A stretch of DNA of 64,000 bases from Epiperipatus broadwayi. Lineage: Eukaryota; Animalia; Onychophora. Below are positions 39,201-51,897 of this stretch, one piece after another. The DNA lies in the NCBI GenBank assembly GCA_028023455.1, contig JAQFVV010000005.1, positions 11,780,001 through 11,844,000 of the forward strand, in the 5' to 3' direction. Positions within the stretch are counted from its first letter, which is position 1. The number at the start of each line of letters is the position of its first letter. The position numbers were made by a program, and so were the translations under genes. The notes beneath the pieces were generated by a model. The model saw only the letters and a list, made by a program, of their open reading frames with translations. It did no database searches and was not told where the DNA came from.

Positions 39201-42200
39201 CTTATTAATTCTTGTTATACATCAATAAATCTAAAACTGATTAAAACCCAATAAATTTGTCTAATTATTATTTTTTTTTTAATGTGCAAGGTAATTTTTG
39301 GTACTTAGATTTTGATCCAGGATCAAACCAATATCGGTAAGTAAGATATGGTTATACCCACATATAGTTTTTTTTCTTTTTATATGATTGTTATTATTAA
39401 GTCTGATTAGATATAAATTTTATATTTGTCATTACATTGAAATATTTGTGTTTAGCTAAGTCAATATAACTGGTAGAAATAATTTCATTAGTTCATGATT
39501 GATTATTAATGAGCTTATCTTGTCCAGTTACAAAAATCTTAATAGACTTTGTTCTGTCATTAGTCAGGATGATTTGTTTTAATTAACTTTAAATTTCTTT
39601 GAAGTGGGGATCATAAATTTTATTAACTAGTATATCTTAATATTTATCTTTGATGTGGGCAACTGCCAATAATCGTTTTATCTAGTTTGTTATAAAATCC
39701 ATTTTTATAATCGATTGACTGGAGATTTAAATAAATGAATAATATCAGTGATTGTAATTTGATAAATATCCAATAGAAGCTTATGGTATATTTGGTATAA
39801 TGGTGTGATTGGATATTATAAAATGCAAGATTATCTAATAGATTTATTGATTAGTTCTTGTAGAGTGTTTCATTTTAATACATAACTTAAGCAATAATTG
39901 TATATTGATATAATGTAAAGTATGAATAAAATATTAATATTTTTTTTTACATTTTATTAAATTAGATATAAAACTGAGTAAGGATTTATCTTATTTAAAC
40001 ATTATAAATAGTGTACGTTTATAAAATATTATAATTATTTAGAAACTAGTTGATTTAAATAGAATATCATTAAATGTTAAATTTACATTACTATAAGTAA
40101 TATTAGATTGATAAAGTATATCAGAACTTAGTTATTTATTGATTTGAATTTGGTTTCATTCAATTATAAATTAGATATCTTAGGTATATGTCATCATTTA
40201 GGACAAGCACATATGATTTCAGTGCTTGGTGATATCCGAGGTGATGATCTTGTTTGATTTCTTTTGTTTTAAATATTATCTGAATAAATTAAGTTTGAAT
40301 AAAGATTGTCATTAGTATTTTACTTTAGAGTAGTAGACAATTTAAATAATTATGTATTGGAAATATTGTTATTGCCTAGTGTGACCAATGACTGAGCTAG
40401 ATAATTTTAGGCAGGTTATAACAATTACTATTTATTGATGCATGTTTTGCTCTGTTATCAATAATATTTAAATCATAAGGGCATTCCTTCATTATCTTTT
40501 ATTTCCATATTGTGTCAGTAATAAGTGGTTGTCTAAAAATGATAGAACAATTCTTTTATTTTATGACAAATGTTGACCAAACCAAAGTAGAGAGACAGTG
40601 GGGTTATTATTATTACAAAATAGCTACCCAATGCTGACCGATGATTGTCATATACAGGTGGTGATTGTTACAAAATGTCACATCAACTTTGGAGCTGTTA
40701 TAAAATGGCATTCCATATTTAGGTTAGATATATATATTATGATGAGTGATGTCTCAATTCTGAGACATACTAAAGTTTTTATATTCTCATCCCATATTCC
40801 ATTACAAAATAGCAACCAAAGATTGGGCTATATAGTTTATTCAGATTATATTAATCATTTCCTAGTGTCATCACTTTATTATGTTACAATATATTATAAC
40901 AGAATCGATTATATTTAAAGTCTAAATTGGGCTTGTTAAATATAACAGGATGTTTAAATTCACCAGAAAGAGGATATGCATTTCACTACAATTGGACTTT
41001 GGGTCTTCAGGTAGAATGCTAGAAATGAATCAATGAAATACTAAGTCCATGATTATATCTATCTTTATTATGCTAGCTCAATAATTTTTAAATAAATTTT
41101 GATATAATTTAAACTAGTTCATCTATCTCTCATGCCATGATATTCAAACTCATGGAGAATTTGCAATTAGCTCTTTTCAGGGATAATTTCAAAACAAGTT
41201 ATTATATAATATACCTCTATATAAGCATTAACTAATAACTGATATTCATATGATGCTTATAATACTAACATATATATAATATTATATAATAATGATTAGA
41301 CAAAAAGATCAGGTTAATAACTCAATATTTAATAAACAATAAAAAATATAATGTAAAAGATAAATAAGATATCAATAAATAAATAAGGATGAATTTTATC
41401 ATTTCAAAATATTAATAAATAATATTCCCATCTAACACGCTATGATAAAACTCTATGTTCTAATAAACTATTCAAAAGTAAAGAATATAATTTAAATCAA
41501 CAGATATATAAAACAATATCTATAAATTTTAAAATTAATAATTTAAATAACTTATTAATTTATTTAGTTTTTATTCAAATGTTTTATAATTATTAATATA
41601 TAAGTACTATTTACTGTATGGAGAGTTTTGCTTTGTTTATAAACTTATATATTATATGTATTTATAATAAATAAAATACATTAAATGTTTATTATATTAT
41701 ATATTAAATATAATAAATCTATTTTAAATATCTGTTAAATTATAATCATTTTTTTATATTTCATCTAATTTTGATGAATTATGTCAAACTTTCAATTCAT
41801 GTTTACAATATTAAATTTAGATATTCCTATTAAAATACAATGATGCCAAATTTGAAATAAAAATAATAATAATAAACATATTAAAATAATATAAGTATTA
41901 TTATAATATATATAAATAAATAAAGAAAAACTTATTTTCCAGAGTTAAGAATAGATCTTTAAGTTCATAGTTTATAATCCTAATGGAGTTTTCTTGCGAA
42001 GTATATATATAAATTCGTTGGTATAGCAATTATTTATCCTAAATTAATAAATCATTAATATTATCCAATGATTTGATTGACAAAAGATGAAATATATTTC
42101 CTTCGAAGATTGATGTTCTTATTCTCCATTTTTCTATTATCATTAGATGTTCTTTACAACAAATATTTCAATTTAGCATAGCAGTTGGTTTCGAAACCTT

Positions 42201-42839
42201 AATATTCTTTATATATATAATTACTTTAAACTTATATATATCTGAAGAATAACGAAGTGTTAAAATAACGTAGTTTCCAAAAACTCAAACGAATCTTCTT
42301 TTCTTTTATATTGCTATTCCTTTTAAGATTTAATAGAAAATTAAAATATTTTCCTTATAGTCTTTTAATCCATAGATTTATCTTAATTTGGAAGAGTTAA
42401 TATTTAATTCCAAACGTTGAATAGTAATATTTATAAAAGAAAGTTATTTAAAAAGAAATGATTTTCTTTTCTTCTCTTCAATAACTAAAAAAAGAATGAA
42501 TCTCCTCATGTGTTTTGTTTCATTTTCATGCTTAATTTAAATATTAATTGTTATAAATAGATATTAAGATCTAATAATTATATATATATAAAATTATTTA
42601 TTTCTCAACTTCAAATCTGGCAATTACTCAAAAGCTTAAAGTATGTATTATTTAAAGTTCACATGTATATATAAATAGTATATATGTATATGTATACATA
42701 TTAAAATATTCAAATAGATTTTATATTTTTAATATAATTTCATTAGAGATAAAAGTATGTTAGGTTAATAATAATAACTGGAAGTTACTATTATAATATA
42801 TACTATAATTGAAGCTTTTTTTAATGTGTACACAAAAAA

Positions 42840-43900
42840 ATAACATATTTAAGCCCAATTTTAATTAATTGTTACCGCAGTTAACAAATATATATTAATT
42901 TCTCTGGCATCAAGAGACTGATTCATAAATCAATTCGGAGAAATGATGAATATATAAAACTGCTAGTGATCACTAACTATTTAATTAAAATCTTCACGCT
43001 TGTAGATTATAATTTAATGAAAAAATAAACTTATTTTTAGGAATTGCCTGTATTCTTAATTTAGTTTCAGTAAGCAGCTTAAAACTAAAATTCATTTTTA
43101 CTTTAATTTTAATATTTTGGTCTCTCACATTAAGGTTAGTCACATTCGATTTTAAGTTAATTACATCTGCTGAATCAACTCTTGCTTATTTTATGATTCC
43201 CAAGTTACCACCATTTTCATCAGTAACAATTGCTTCATTGATTGTTTTTATTGATGTCACACTAGTATTTTTTCATCATGAAATTATTTAATGACCCCTC
43301 TTCCCATTATATTAGCATAAGAGTTGGTGTTCTTAAATTTTGCCAAAATCCACCTTTTCTTAATGATGGAAAAAATCACTGATATAAGGTGCCACTTGCA
43401 TATATGCTGTATGATTGATGGAGTTGCATATTATCACTATGTGTCAACAGAATTTAGTTCCTAATGAGTTGCAAGAACTCAATTAGCTCTTGCTTATTAC
43501 TTCTTAAATATAGAGTTCTTTTTTTTATTTGCTTTCTTCCCTCACTTAACTTCCAAATCAGAAGTTGATTGCCAGTTATGAGAGATAGATAACAACCTGA
43601 GACCATAATGTGCGTGTGTGACTTAACTTGTTAAATATGCCTCAAATGTTATACTCATTTAATAAATGTTTCTGCCAACAGCACTGAAAGTAGTTGTTTG
43701 GTATCCAATAATATGAATAAACATTAAATTCGCCATGCTAAAATCATCTATGACATTTCTAGAATATTGATAACATCTGATAACTCTTTATAAATACTGT
43801 ATAATTGAATTTCACCAGCACATGATGATGAGTTAGATACCATTGCCCTGATTTTTTCAGTCTTCTATCATAATGGAAACCATTGTCTTAACAAAAAAAT
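42840..43900. repeat. Old unclassified dispersed repeat, second copy at ~62490-63430
   Basis: Collinear blocks AAGCCCAATTTTAATTAA, AGTGATCACTAA, AATTTAGTTTCA.T.AGCAGC and GAGTTA.ATA.CATTGC.CTGAT. Class not determined. Confidence 0.5.
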
Positions 43901-45047
43901 AATGAGCTGAAAATAAAACAATAAGACTATTACCATAAATGAATTTAAGCAATTCACCAATGAGAATGAATCAATGTAAAAACATGTTTTACTATAGAAT
44001 CTTATCAGTGTGCAATGGAGGAATCTTTCATTTTGAATAATTTTAATCATAATGAAAGAAACTTAGGCAAGATTGCAGTAGAGGTAGGCAGTAACCAAGA
44101 AATGAGTTTTTTTTTTATTTGAAACTTATTGATGCAATTCTTTTGTGCTAATACATCTTTCTAAACATCCAGCTTATTTTTTTTTCAAATTTTAACATAG
44201 AGAACTGTTTCTGTGTTTGTATGGAAGAAGGCACATGGCTTAACATTATTAGTAACAAGATAATTTGAAGTATAATTTGGGGAATAATTCTGTAAAAGAG
44301 CTCAAATTATCATTGTCTATATCTCTTCTTGAGATGAGACCCAACCATCTTCCAAGGCAAAAAAAAACTTTAAAATATCACTACCAGTATTCTCTCTCTT
44401 AAGTTTTACTGGTGAGATTTGATCTTTCATTTTTTTTCATGATGGTTTATGATAGACTAAGGAATATTTTTCTATTCAAGAGGCAGTTCATCCTATTATT
44501 TAGTAGTGAAAATATTTCTATTAGCTACAAAATTTTATTTGCATAACTTTATTATATATTTTAGTTTTTGATATCAGTAAGATAAATATTTATAATCATT
44601 AACTATTCTTCAAAATCCAGAATCAATTTTTGTTCTCTACCATACATTTAATTTTGCAATATGCAAAAATTGATAATCTTAGCTTTTGATGAAACAAAAA
44701 AAAAGTTTTATATAATAACTATGTAGTAAAGAAAATATTTATCAAATGTACAAAAGTTATAAAAAATTCTATAATAATCATTTATAAATGTCCTAATCTT
44801 GACTGATTTACTCTGATCAAGTTTTTCTAGTATAAAAATGATTTTTTTATAATTTTTAAAAAAAATTGTGATCATTTCATCAAACAGATTTTCTTTTTAT
44901 GATAGATGAAATTTAAACATCATACACATATATCATTATAGATATTTTCATTAATTACAGAAATAAACTTCCTATGAATTTTAATCAAAAAATTTTAATA
45001 CATTCAACAAATGTTAATACAATGTAAATTAAATTTCAAACTACTTA

Positions 45048-46301
45048 TTACAAAAATCGAATGAATAATTTAACAGTATAATGATCAGTGAAGTGACTAA
45101 CTTCATGACTTTCTACAATATATTTCTCTGTATCTTTATAATCACATAAATGACACTTGAATACTTCAGTAGTGTAATAGTCTAATGCATATTTTACTTC
45201 TTGGTTATTCTGATCATATTCCAGAGAATCTTTTATATGAGTACACTGTTTATGCTTCAATAAAGTACTTCTGGAAATAGCTTTGTAATCACACAAGTTA
45301 CATTGGAAAGGCTTTTCTCCTGTATGTATCCTTTCATGGTATTTTAATCTGTCTTTCCCAATAAATCTATAACCACAAAAGCTACAATGAAATGGTTTTT
45401 CTCCTGTATGTAGTCTCAAATGTCTTGTTAAAGTACACTTTAGTGCAGTCTTGAAATCACATGAATTGCAATGGAAAGGTTTCTCTCCTGTATGTGTTCT
45501 TTGATGGGATTTCAAATTATTCTTGTAAACTGTTTTGAAGTTGCACAAATTGCAACTAAATGGTTTTTCATCCAAATGCGTTTTTTCATGCAGATTTAAG
45601 TTTCTTTTCCAATCAGTTTTATAATCACAAGCACTACAGTGGAATGATTTTTCAGCTATATAGTTTCTCTCATATTTTAAGTTATTTCTTGAATCAGACT
45701 CATAATGAAAGAAGCTATATGGTAAAGGTGTTTCTAATGTACATAGTCTTTCATGCATTTTTAAATTTGTTTCACCATCAGTCTGGTAATCAAATAAATT
45801 GCAATGAACACTTTTTTCCCCGATATGTTTTCTTCTGTGTAACTTCAAATCATTGTTATATGCAGTCTTATAATCACATAAATTGCACTGGAAAGGTCTT
45901 TCTCCTGTATGTTTTCTTTTGTGTACTTTTAAATAAGTTTTCTGCGCAGTTTTAAAATCACATAATTCACAGTGGAAAGGTTTTTCTCCTGTATGTGTTC
46001 TTGTGTGACGATTTAATTTTCCTTTGATCATAGTTCTATAATTACAAAATAAGCAGCCGAAAGTTTTTTTTTCTCCTGTATGCACTGATTCGTGCACTTT
46101 TAAATAATTTTTGTAATTACTTCTAAAGTCACAAAAATTGCAATGGAATGGTTTTTGACCTGTATGTATTCTTTCGTGAACTTTTAAGTTACTTTTCTTA
46201 GCAGTTTTATAAGCACACAAATTGCAATGGAAAATGTTTTTTTTTGTATCTGTCTTTCCAAATATTTGTAAACTATCACATTTTGGTACTTGTTCCTTCA
46301 T
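45048..46301 (-). CDS. C2H2 zinc-finger protein, 11 intact plus 2 degenerate fingers, 417 aa (paralog 2)
   Basis: Intact ORF with TGEKP-linked fingers; termini homologous to 2946-3890. Confidence 0.9.
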   Translation of the reverse strand: MKEQVPKCDSLQIFGKTDTKKNIFHCNLCAYKTAKKSNLKVHERIHTGQKPFHCNFCDFRSNYKNYLKVHESVHTGEKKTFGCLFCNYRTMIKGKLNRHTRTHTGEKPFHCELCDFKTAQKTYLKVHKRKHTGERPFQCNLCDYKTAYNNDLKLHRRKHIGEKSVHCNLFDYQTDGETNLKMHERLCTLETPLPYSFFHYESDSRNNLKYERNYIAEKSFHCSACDYKTDWKRNLNLHEKTHLDEKPFSCNLCNFKTVYKNNLKSHQRTHTGEKPFHCNSCDFKTALKCTLTRHLRLHTGEKPFHCSFCGYRFIGKDRLKYHERIHTGEKPFQCNLCDYKAISRSTLLKHKQCTHIKDSLEYDQNNQEVKYALDYYTTEVFKCHLCDYKDTEKYIVESHEVSHFTDHYTVKLFIRFL

Positions 46302-49300
46302 ATTTATTAAAATAACTTTTTGAGCATTTTTTTACACTGAAAACATTCCCCCCCCACTTTCTGTTTGTTTCTGTCTTTTTGAATTCATTTTATAATATTT
46401 CCATAATCATTACAAGTTTTACTGAAGTAGTCCTGCAGCGGTTTATAATCATGACATTGTTCTTTTGTGATATTTTATTTATAAATATTTTTAGATTTTA
46501 TTTGCGTATCTTTGAAAATATAAAAATAACATTTGGGCTTTTTTTTTTTTTGTGAAGGTTTTTATCCATTTTAAAATACATTGAAATGTAGTTTAATATA
46601 TATCCATAATGTCTTATTTTATTTCATCACAAAGGTTGTTCTTGATATTTATTTTATGTCTTTTTATGAAGTTATCTATAAATACTCAGTGTAATGATAA
46701 TGTTGAAAACTTCTTTATTTAAATAATTTTCAAACTTTAAAACAAAATTTGTAAATTATTTATTTAAAACGGATCCCCTTAACAAATAAATAGTTGAGAA
46801 ATAATAGAGATATGGTTTTGAAAGATAGAAAAATTGAAAGCATACAAGTGTTGAAAAAAGTAAAGGGGAAAATATTATTAAAAACTTATAAAACAGAGTT
46901 ACTAGAATGGGTATTTTAATAGATGCTATAAAAACTATGAAAGATACATGTATAGGAAAATTATTGGTATAAGATGAGAGAAGTGATCAAGTGCCAAATC
47001 TTAATAAAAGATCAGTAATATAACATGGTAGTAGAGATAAAACAATTCAATAAAATGAAATGAAACTGTCCTTCTAGCAAAGTGTAACAATTTATAAAAA
47101 AAAATTAGTTATGGTATTTAAAAAGAATAAAAAACAAAAATTTGAGAATTTAATTGAGTGTAGTTTATGGCATTTATTCTTTAGTGAATTAATGGTATTG
47201 ATTTTATAATAGCCTTTACTCTTATAATTAATTCTGCACAATTTTCTTTTGTGTTTGATTTATTCACTTTTTGGATAAAAGTGATACAGAAATGCTATAC
47301 TGTTAAATGATTTTTAAATTATCTTTTTCCATTCAATGTATTACTTTCATATTTTTTTAAAAGGGAAGTATATCAATGCTAAAACCAATTAACATCTTAA
47401 TGATGTAAAATCTTTGCTCCTTAAAAGTTTATGAGATAATTCTAATAATTGAGATGACAGAATTTAATGAGATAACAAGTAATGATAAAAATTCTTACCA
47501 GGTAGCTTACATATTTACAAAGTAAAAAAAAAATTTTCTTTAATGAATTATGATAATTTTATTTCATGTATTTTTGAAAATCTCAAATTCATTTTCTTTA
47601 TTTTAAAAAATAAAGGAATATGATTTATCATTTGTTCACAATGGTATTAATTTTAATATTTACCTAAGAAATATTTTTTATTATTAGATCATACATATCA
47701 AATTCTGCTTTAGAGAAACCTCATTTCTTCAAGAATTTGAAATCATCACTGAAAACTATTCATATTTATTGGTACAATATTAATGCATTTCGTAGCTTGA
47801 GATATATTTAGTGTGGTGATAAAACCAAAAGCTAAAGATTCCTGATCAATTAATTCTTAGCAAAATTTTTAAAAAATCTCAGTATTGATGAATAAAAGAT
47901 TGAAGCTGTCATTTGAGTCCTTGAAGCCATAGTATTTGTTGAGCAAATTTAATCACTTTGATATACTTTTATGTTGTACATTTTAGTATAGTGATAGAGT
48001 GTTGGATTTATAAAATAACAATCCCTGAATTCTCATTTTGGCATTCAAATGGCATATAATCCCCAAAGGAAGAAATCCAATTAATTTTTTTCTTGAAAGG
48101 AATAAACTATTTCTTGATACATTAAGAAAATTGTTAAAATTACTCAATAGGCATGAAGCTGATGTTGGCCATACTTTCAATGATGATATGCATTCATAAC
48201 TCAGCTTAAATGTGTTACACCGTTTGATATAAAACTTAAAAATAGTTTGTGAACTGGAGTTTTTAGATATGAATTATTGCCAACCTAAATAAAAAGAAAG
48301 CCAATTAATGAATATTCTAAAATTAATAAACATATACATATATATATATATATCATGTAAAGATTATTAAAAGTTTGTCACACATTAATACTGAAAATTT
48401 TAAAAAAAGTAAATTATAAATAAGAATTATTAAAAATTATGAATTACATACTAATATTTTAAATAATAGGCTTAAAATGTTTCGCACACACAGTAACTTC
48501 ACTAAGCAAGTATTAACTTGTGGAAACAAAATTGTACCCCTTTTTTATCATTTTGAAAAAAAAAATGTTTTCTTTAAACTTCTTTTAAAAAGCAGCTTTA
48601 AAATATTGAGATATAATCTAAAATCAATAAAGAACTATAAAAAACAAAAATATTTTTAGCTATGCATGCTCAATAATTCCTAAAGGAAAAAGAAATCAGC
48701 ATATGGGTTATGACAAAGGATTTTAATTGTGTCAGCAATATAAAAATTCAAAACCTCTAAGAAAATGAATATTATAAAATGGATCTCAAGACTACTCTCT
48801 CTCACTGTATATACATTTTGAAAACAACCTTTGCTCATCAGATGAACTAAAAGTATTAAATACTTATATTTCTATAAATAGTCAATAATATATCACATGT
48901 CCCCATTTCTATTTTTAAGCTTGTAAAATATAAACAAAGAGCTTTGCTAATTGCTCATACTTGTATTAAATTTGATACTTTTCAGTTACACCATCACTTT
49001 CAACAGTTTATGGAATGGTTAATAATTATAACAGTTTCAAGAATTGAGATGAATAGAAACAATTGAAGTTATTTAACACAATGGTTGCAAATGACTTTAC
49101 AAATAATTTCTAATATAGAAAAGATTTAGATAATTTGGATTAGCGATCAACAAAAATACTTTCCAGATTGAAGTGTTATATGAATGAAGATCTCACTTGT
49201 TTAGACTAAAATAACTTCTATATCTATAAAAAAGAGAAAGACAAAAAACATACTAGAACTTTTCAAATATATTACTGAATTATAAGCTGAAGGAAAATTA

Positions 49301-49899
49301 GAGTAACTAGCTAATATAATACAACAACCAAGCAATAATATTTGTTCACCAATGGGATAATTTAAACCAAAGATAATCAAATTATTAGAAATGTATACAC
49401 ATAAGACTAAAAAGCAACGTCTGCATATTTATTATCAATAATATTACATATATAGATAAGCCTGTGTTTCAGTTATATCATTAATATAAAAATACTCATA
49501 AATTATTAATCCTATAATATCCTTGTGTGATTTAAAGGAGTGCTAGAATGACAAACTAAGGCTAAATGTTTCCGAATTATAGCATAATTGATCTCTTAAA
49601 TGATATTTAATTTCCTGGGCATCAAATATTTCATTTTATTACTACCTTGTATAATATAATACAGTGGAGGACTGGAAAGCTAGGGTTTAGATTGAAACTC
49701 AATTTACTATTATAATGCTAAAATTTCATATAATCTCTAGGACAATTATTGTCTGCACTATCTAGAATTATGATTTTATTATTTATCAAAAAAAAAAGTC
49801 TTACTGCAAAATTTTATTACCATAAGTTATAACAAAAAAAGTTTTTTTTTTCTTTTGCAAACATCAACTAATGGAATAAAGATTGTGAGCACATATGGT

Positions 49900-50243
49900 A
49901 CTCAAAGAAGTATGGAGAGATGCATGTTGGGAGTAACAAGAAAAGATCGAAAATGCAATGTATGGGTAAGAGAACAAACAGGTGTTACTGCCCTCATTGA
50001 AAAAATTAAAAGACTGAAGTGGAGTTGGGCTGGACATATTGCTAGAAGAGATGATAATAGATGGACAATTGAAATTTTGAACTGGATTCCAAAAGATTAC
50101 AAAAGACCCAGAAAGAGACCACATATGAGATGGATGGATGAAATAAGAAAGTGTGCATGGGTGATGTGGAGAAGAGAAGCTAAAGATAGGAAAAGATGGA
50201 TTGAACTTGGAGAGACCTTCATCCTGCAGTGGATTGATAATGA
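49900..50243 (+). mobile_element. 3' fragment of the same RTE family as 25680-26738
   Basis: TQRSMERCMLGVTRKDRK..LKWSWAGHIARRDDNRWTIEILNWIP..GETFILQWIDN, nearly identical in protein to the 25.7-kb copy. Confidence 0.9.
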
Positions 50244-51663
50244 AATGTTTCTTAATGTTTTTATTACAACTACTTCTCTAGCATAGTTTGATGCAGCTGT
50301 AGATTCCGGAATTTTAAGGTTCACAGTTCATGCCAAATTGTATCACTTATAGCACTTAAACTTCTTATTAACTTCCGAATACTAAAAATCATCATTACTT
50401 TTTTGCAATTTCTTTAGTAACAAGATCATTAAAGATAAATGATTTAGGAACACCATGTACATTTATAATTCTTTTTAAAAGGAAATAAAATGAACAAATT
50501 TTAATAAAAAAAATTGGCAAAAGATATATACATTAATCTGTAAAGTCATTACAAATTAACAACATTTATAATTAAAACATTAAATCAAATTGACAACCAT
50601 TTGTCTAAAAAAACATTTTCTTAATGTAAAATCTCATTTATCTGTAATAAAAATAATTATGCGCCATACATATATATATAAACATTTATGTTTTTTTAAC
50701 CTTATCCAGCGTGAATTCTAAGGTAAAAAAGTTTATTTTATAAAGTTACTCCTAAATGTGAAGAGTAATCGCAGTGGAATATTACATCGTCAGTCTTATA
50801 TACCCATTTTTATATATTAAGTAAAGAAAATTAAATAATAATTAAAATAAGTACTTAGTACATATCGGGCAAACACCAAATACATTAAATTTATGATAAT
50901 TTAAAACTGACTTACATTTAGAAGTTAGAATTTTAGCATTTTTTTTTATTATAAAAAATACTAAAACATCATTGCTTTTTAATTAATATATTATTAAGAA
51001 AACTAAGTGATTAAATTAATAATTTTATTTATAAATGTATTTTGAACTTAGAGCTACTTTTCATTACGTTACTGTTCTTCGTACCTCTATGTAGGGCATG
51101 ATGTAGTGTCGTAGTATGACTTTGTAATCTACGAAAAAAAATTAGAAATACGTCAAATATAAGTAAAAATCTTGATATAATATTTCTTTATTTCTCCAAT
51201 TGCTAACACAATTTTTCAAAAATTTGAAGTTTCTTTGTCCTTGGTTCAAGTCTGCAGCAAATGGTATAAACTACGCATGCGTTTGCATTGTTATTTTGAG
51301 CATTTTCCGACGTAGTTTAATTAATATTAATTCTACCTAAAAATGAACTTTTATCCACTTGTTTCGAAACCGTATATTTTTCAAAAAATCTTTGTTCTCG
51401 TATGCGAGGCAATTTATAGTTTTGGATTGTATAATTATTTTAATTTTTTATTTTTAGCACCGCGGCATAAAAAATTATAGTTTTGATGAATATTATTTTT
51501 TAATAGATAAAATTGTTTTTTACATTCCTATTGGTACTTACGGATAATTTGCCTGAGGACGTATTTGACCCACCGGTTTCCCTTCCGGTAGGCATCGACG
51601 ATCTTTGTATGACTACGTTGTCATGGCAACGTTTATCAGTCACTTCGTAATTATAATTAAAGC

Positions 51664-51726
51664 AATCTGCATATTTATTTATTTAATACTCTAGTCTAGA
51701 GTATTAAATAAATAAATATGCAGATT
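51664..51726. repeat. Perfect 31+1+31 palindrome between 32-bp direct repeats
   Basis: AATCTGCATATTTATTTATTTAATACTCTAG-T-CTAGAGTATTAAATAAATAAATATGCAGATT; ATCAGTCACTTCGTAATTATAATTAAAGCAAT occurs at 51635-51666 and 51742-51773. Confidence 0.95.
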
Positions 51727-51897
51727 TGATTCTTATAAAATATCAGTCACTTCGTAATTATAATTAAAGCAATTTAAAATTATTTTTTTGTAAGAAAATT
51801 TGTTACGGCAAACAGAATTAAAGATGATGGCAATATTAGTAGCAGCAAATATAATACTACATCCGTTGACAAAACTAATAATATCATCGGTACCAAG

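Noticed and set aside
39300-39900. Possible Penelope RT/GIY-YIG fossil on the minus strand (YVGIT; FYNIQS..YTK)
   Set aside because: The matches are too short, need frameshifts, and the domain spacing is implausible without an HMM hit.
45560-45955. Plus-strand 131-aa ORF (also the 2906-3091 frame overlapping paralog 1)
   Set aside because: Shadow frames of the zinc-finger genes with no independent features.
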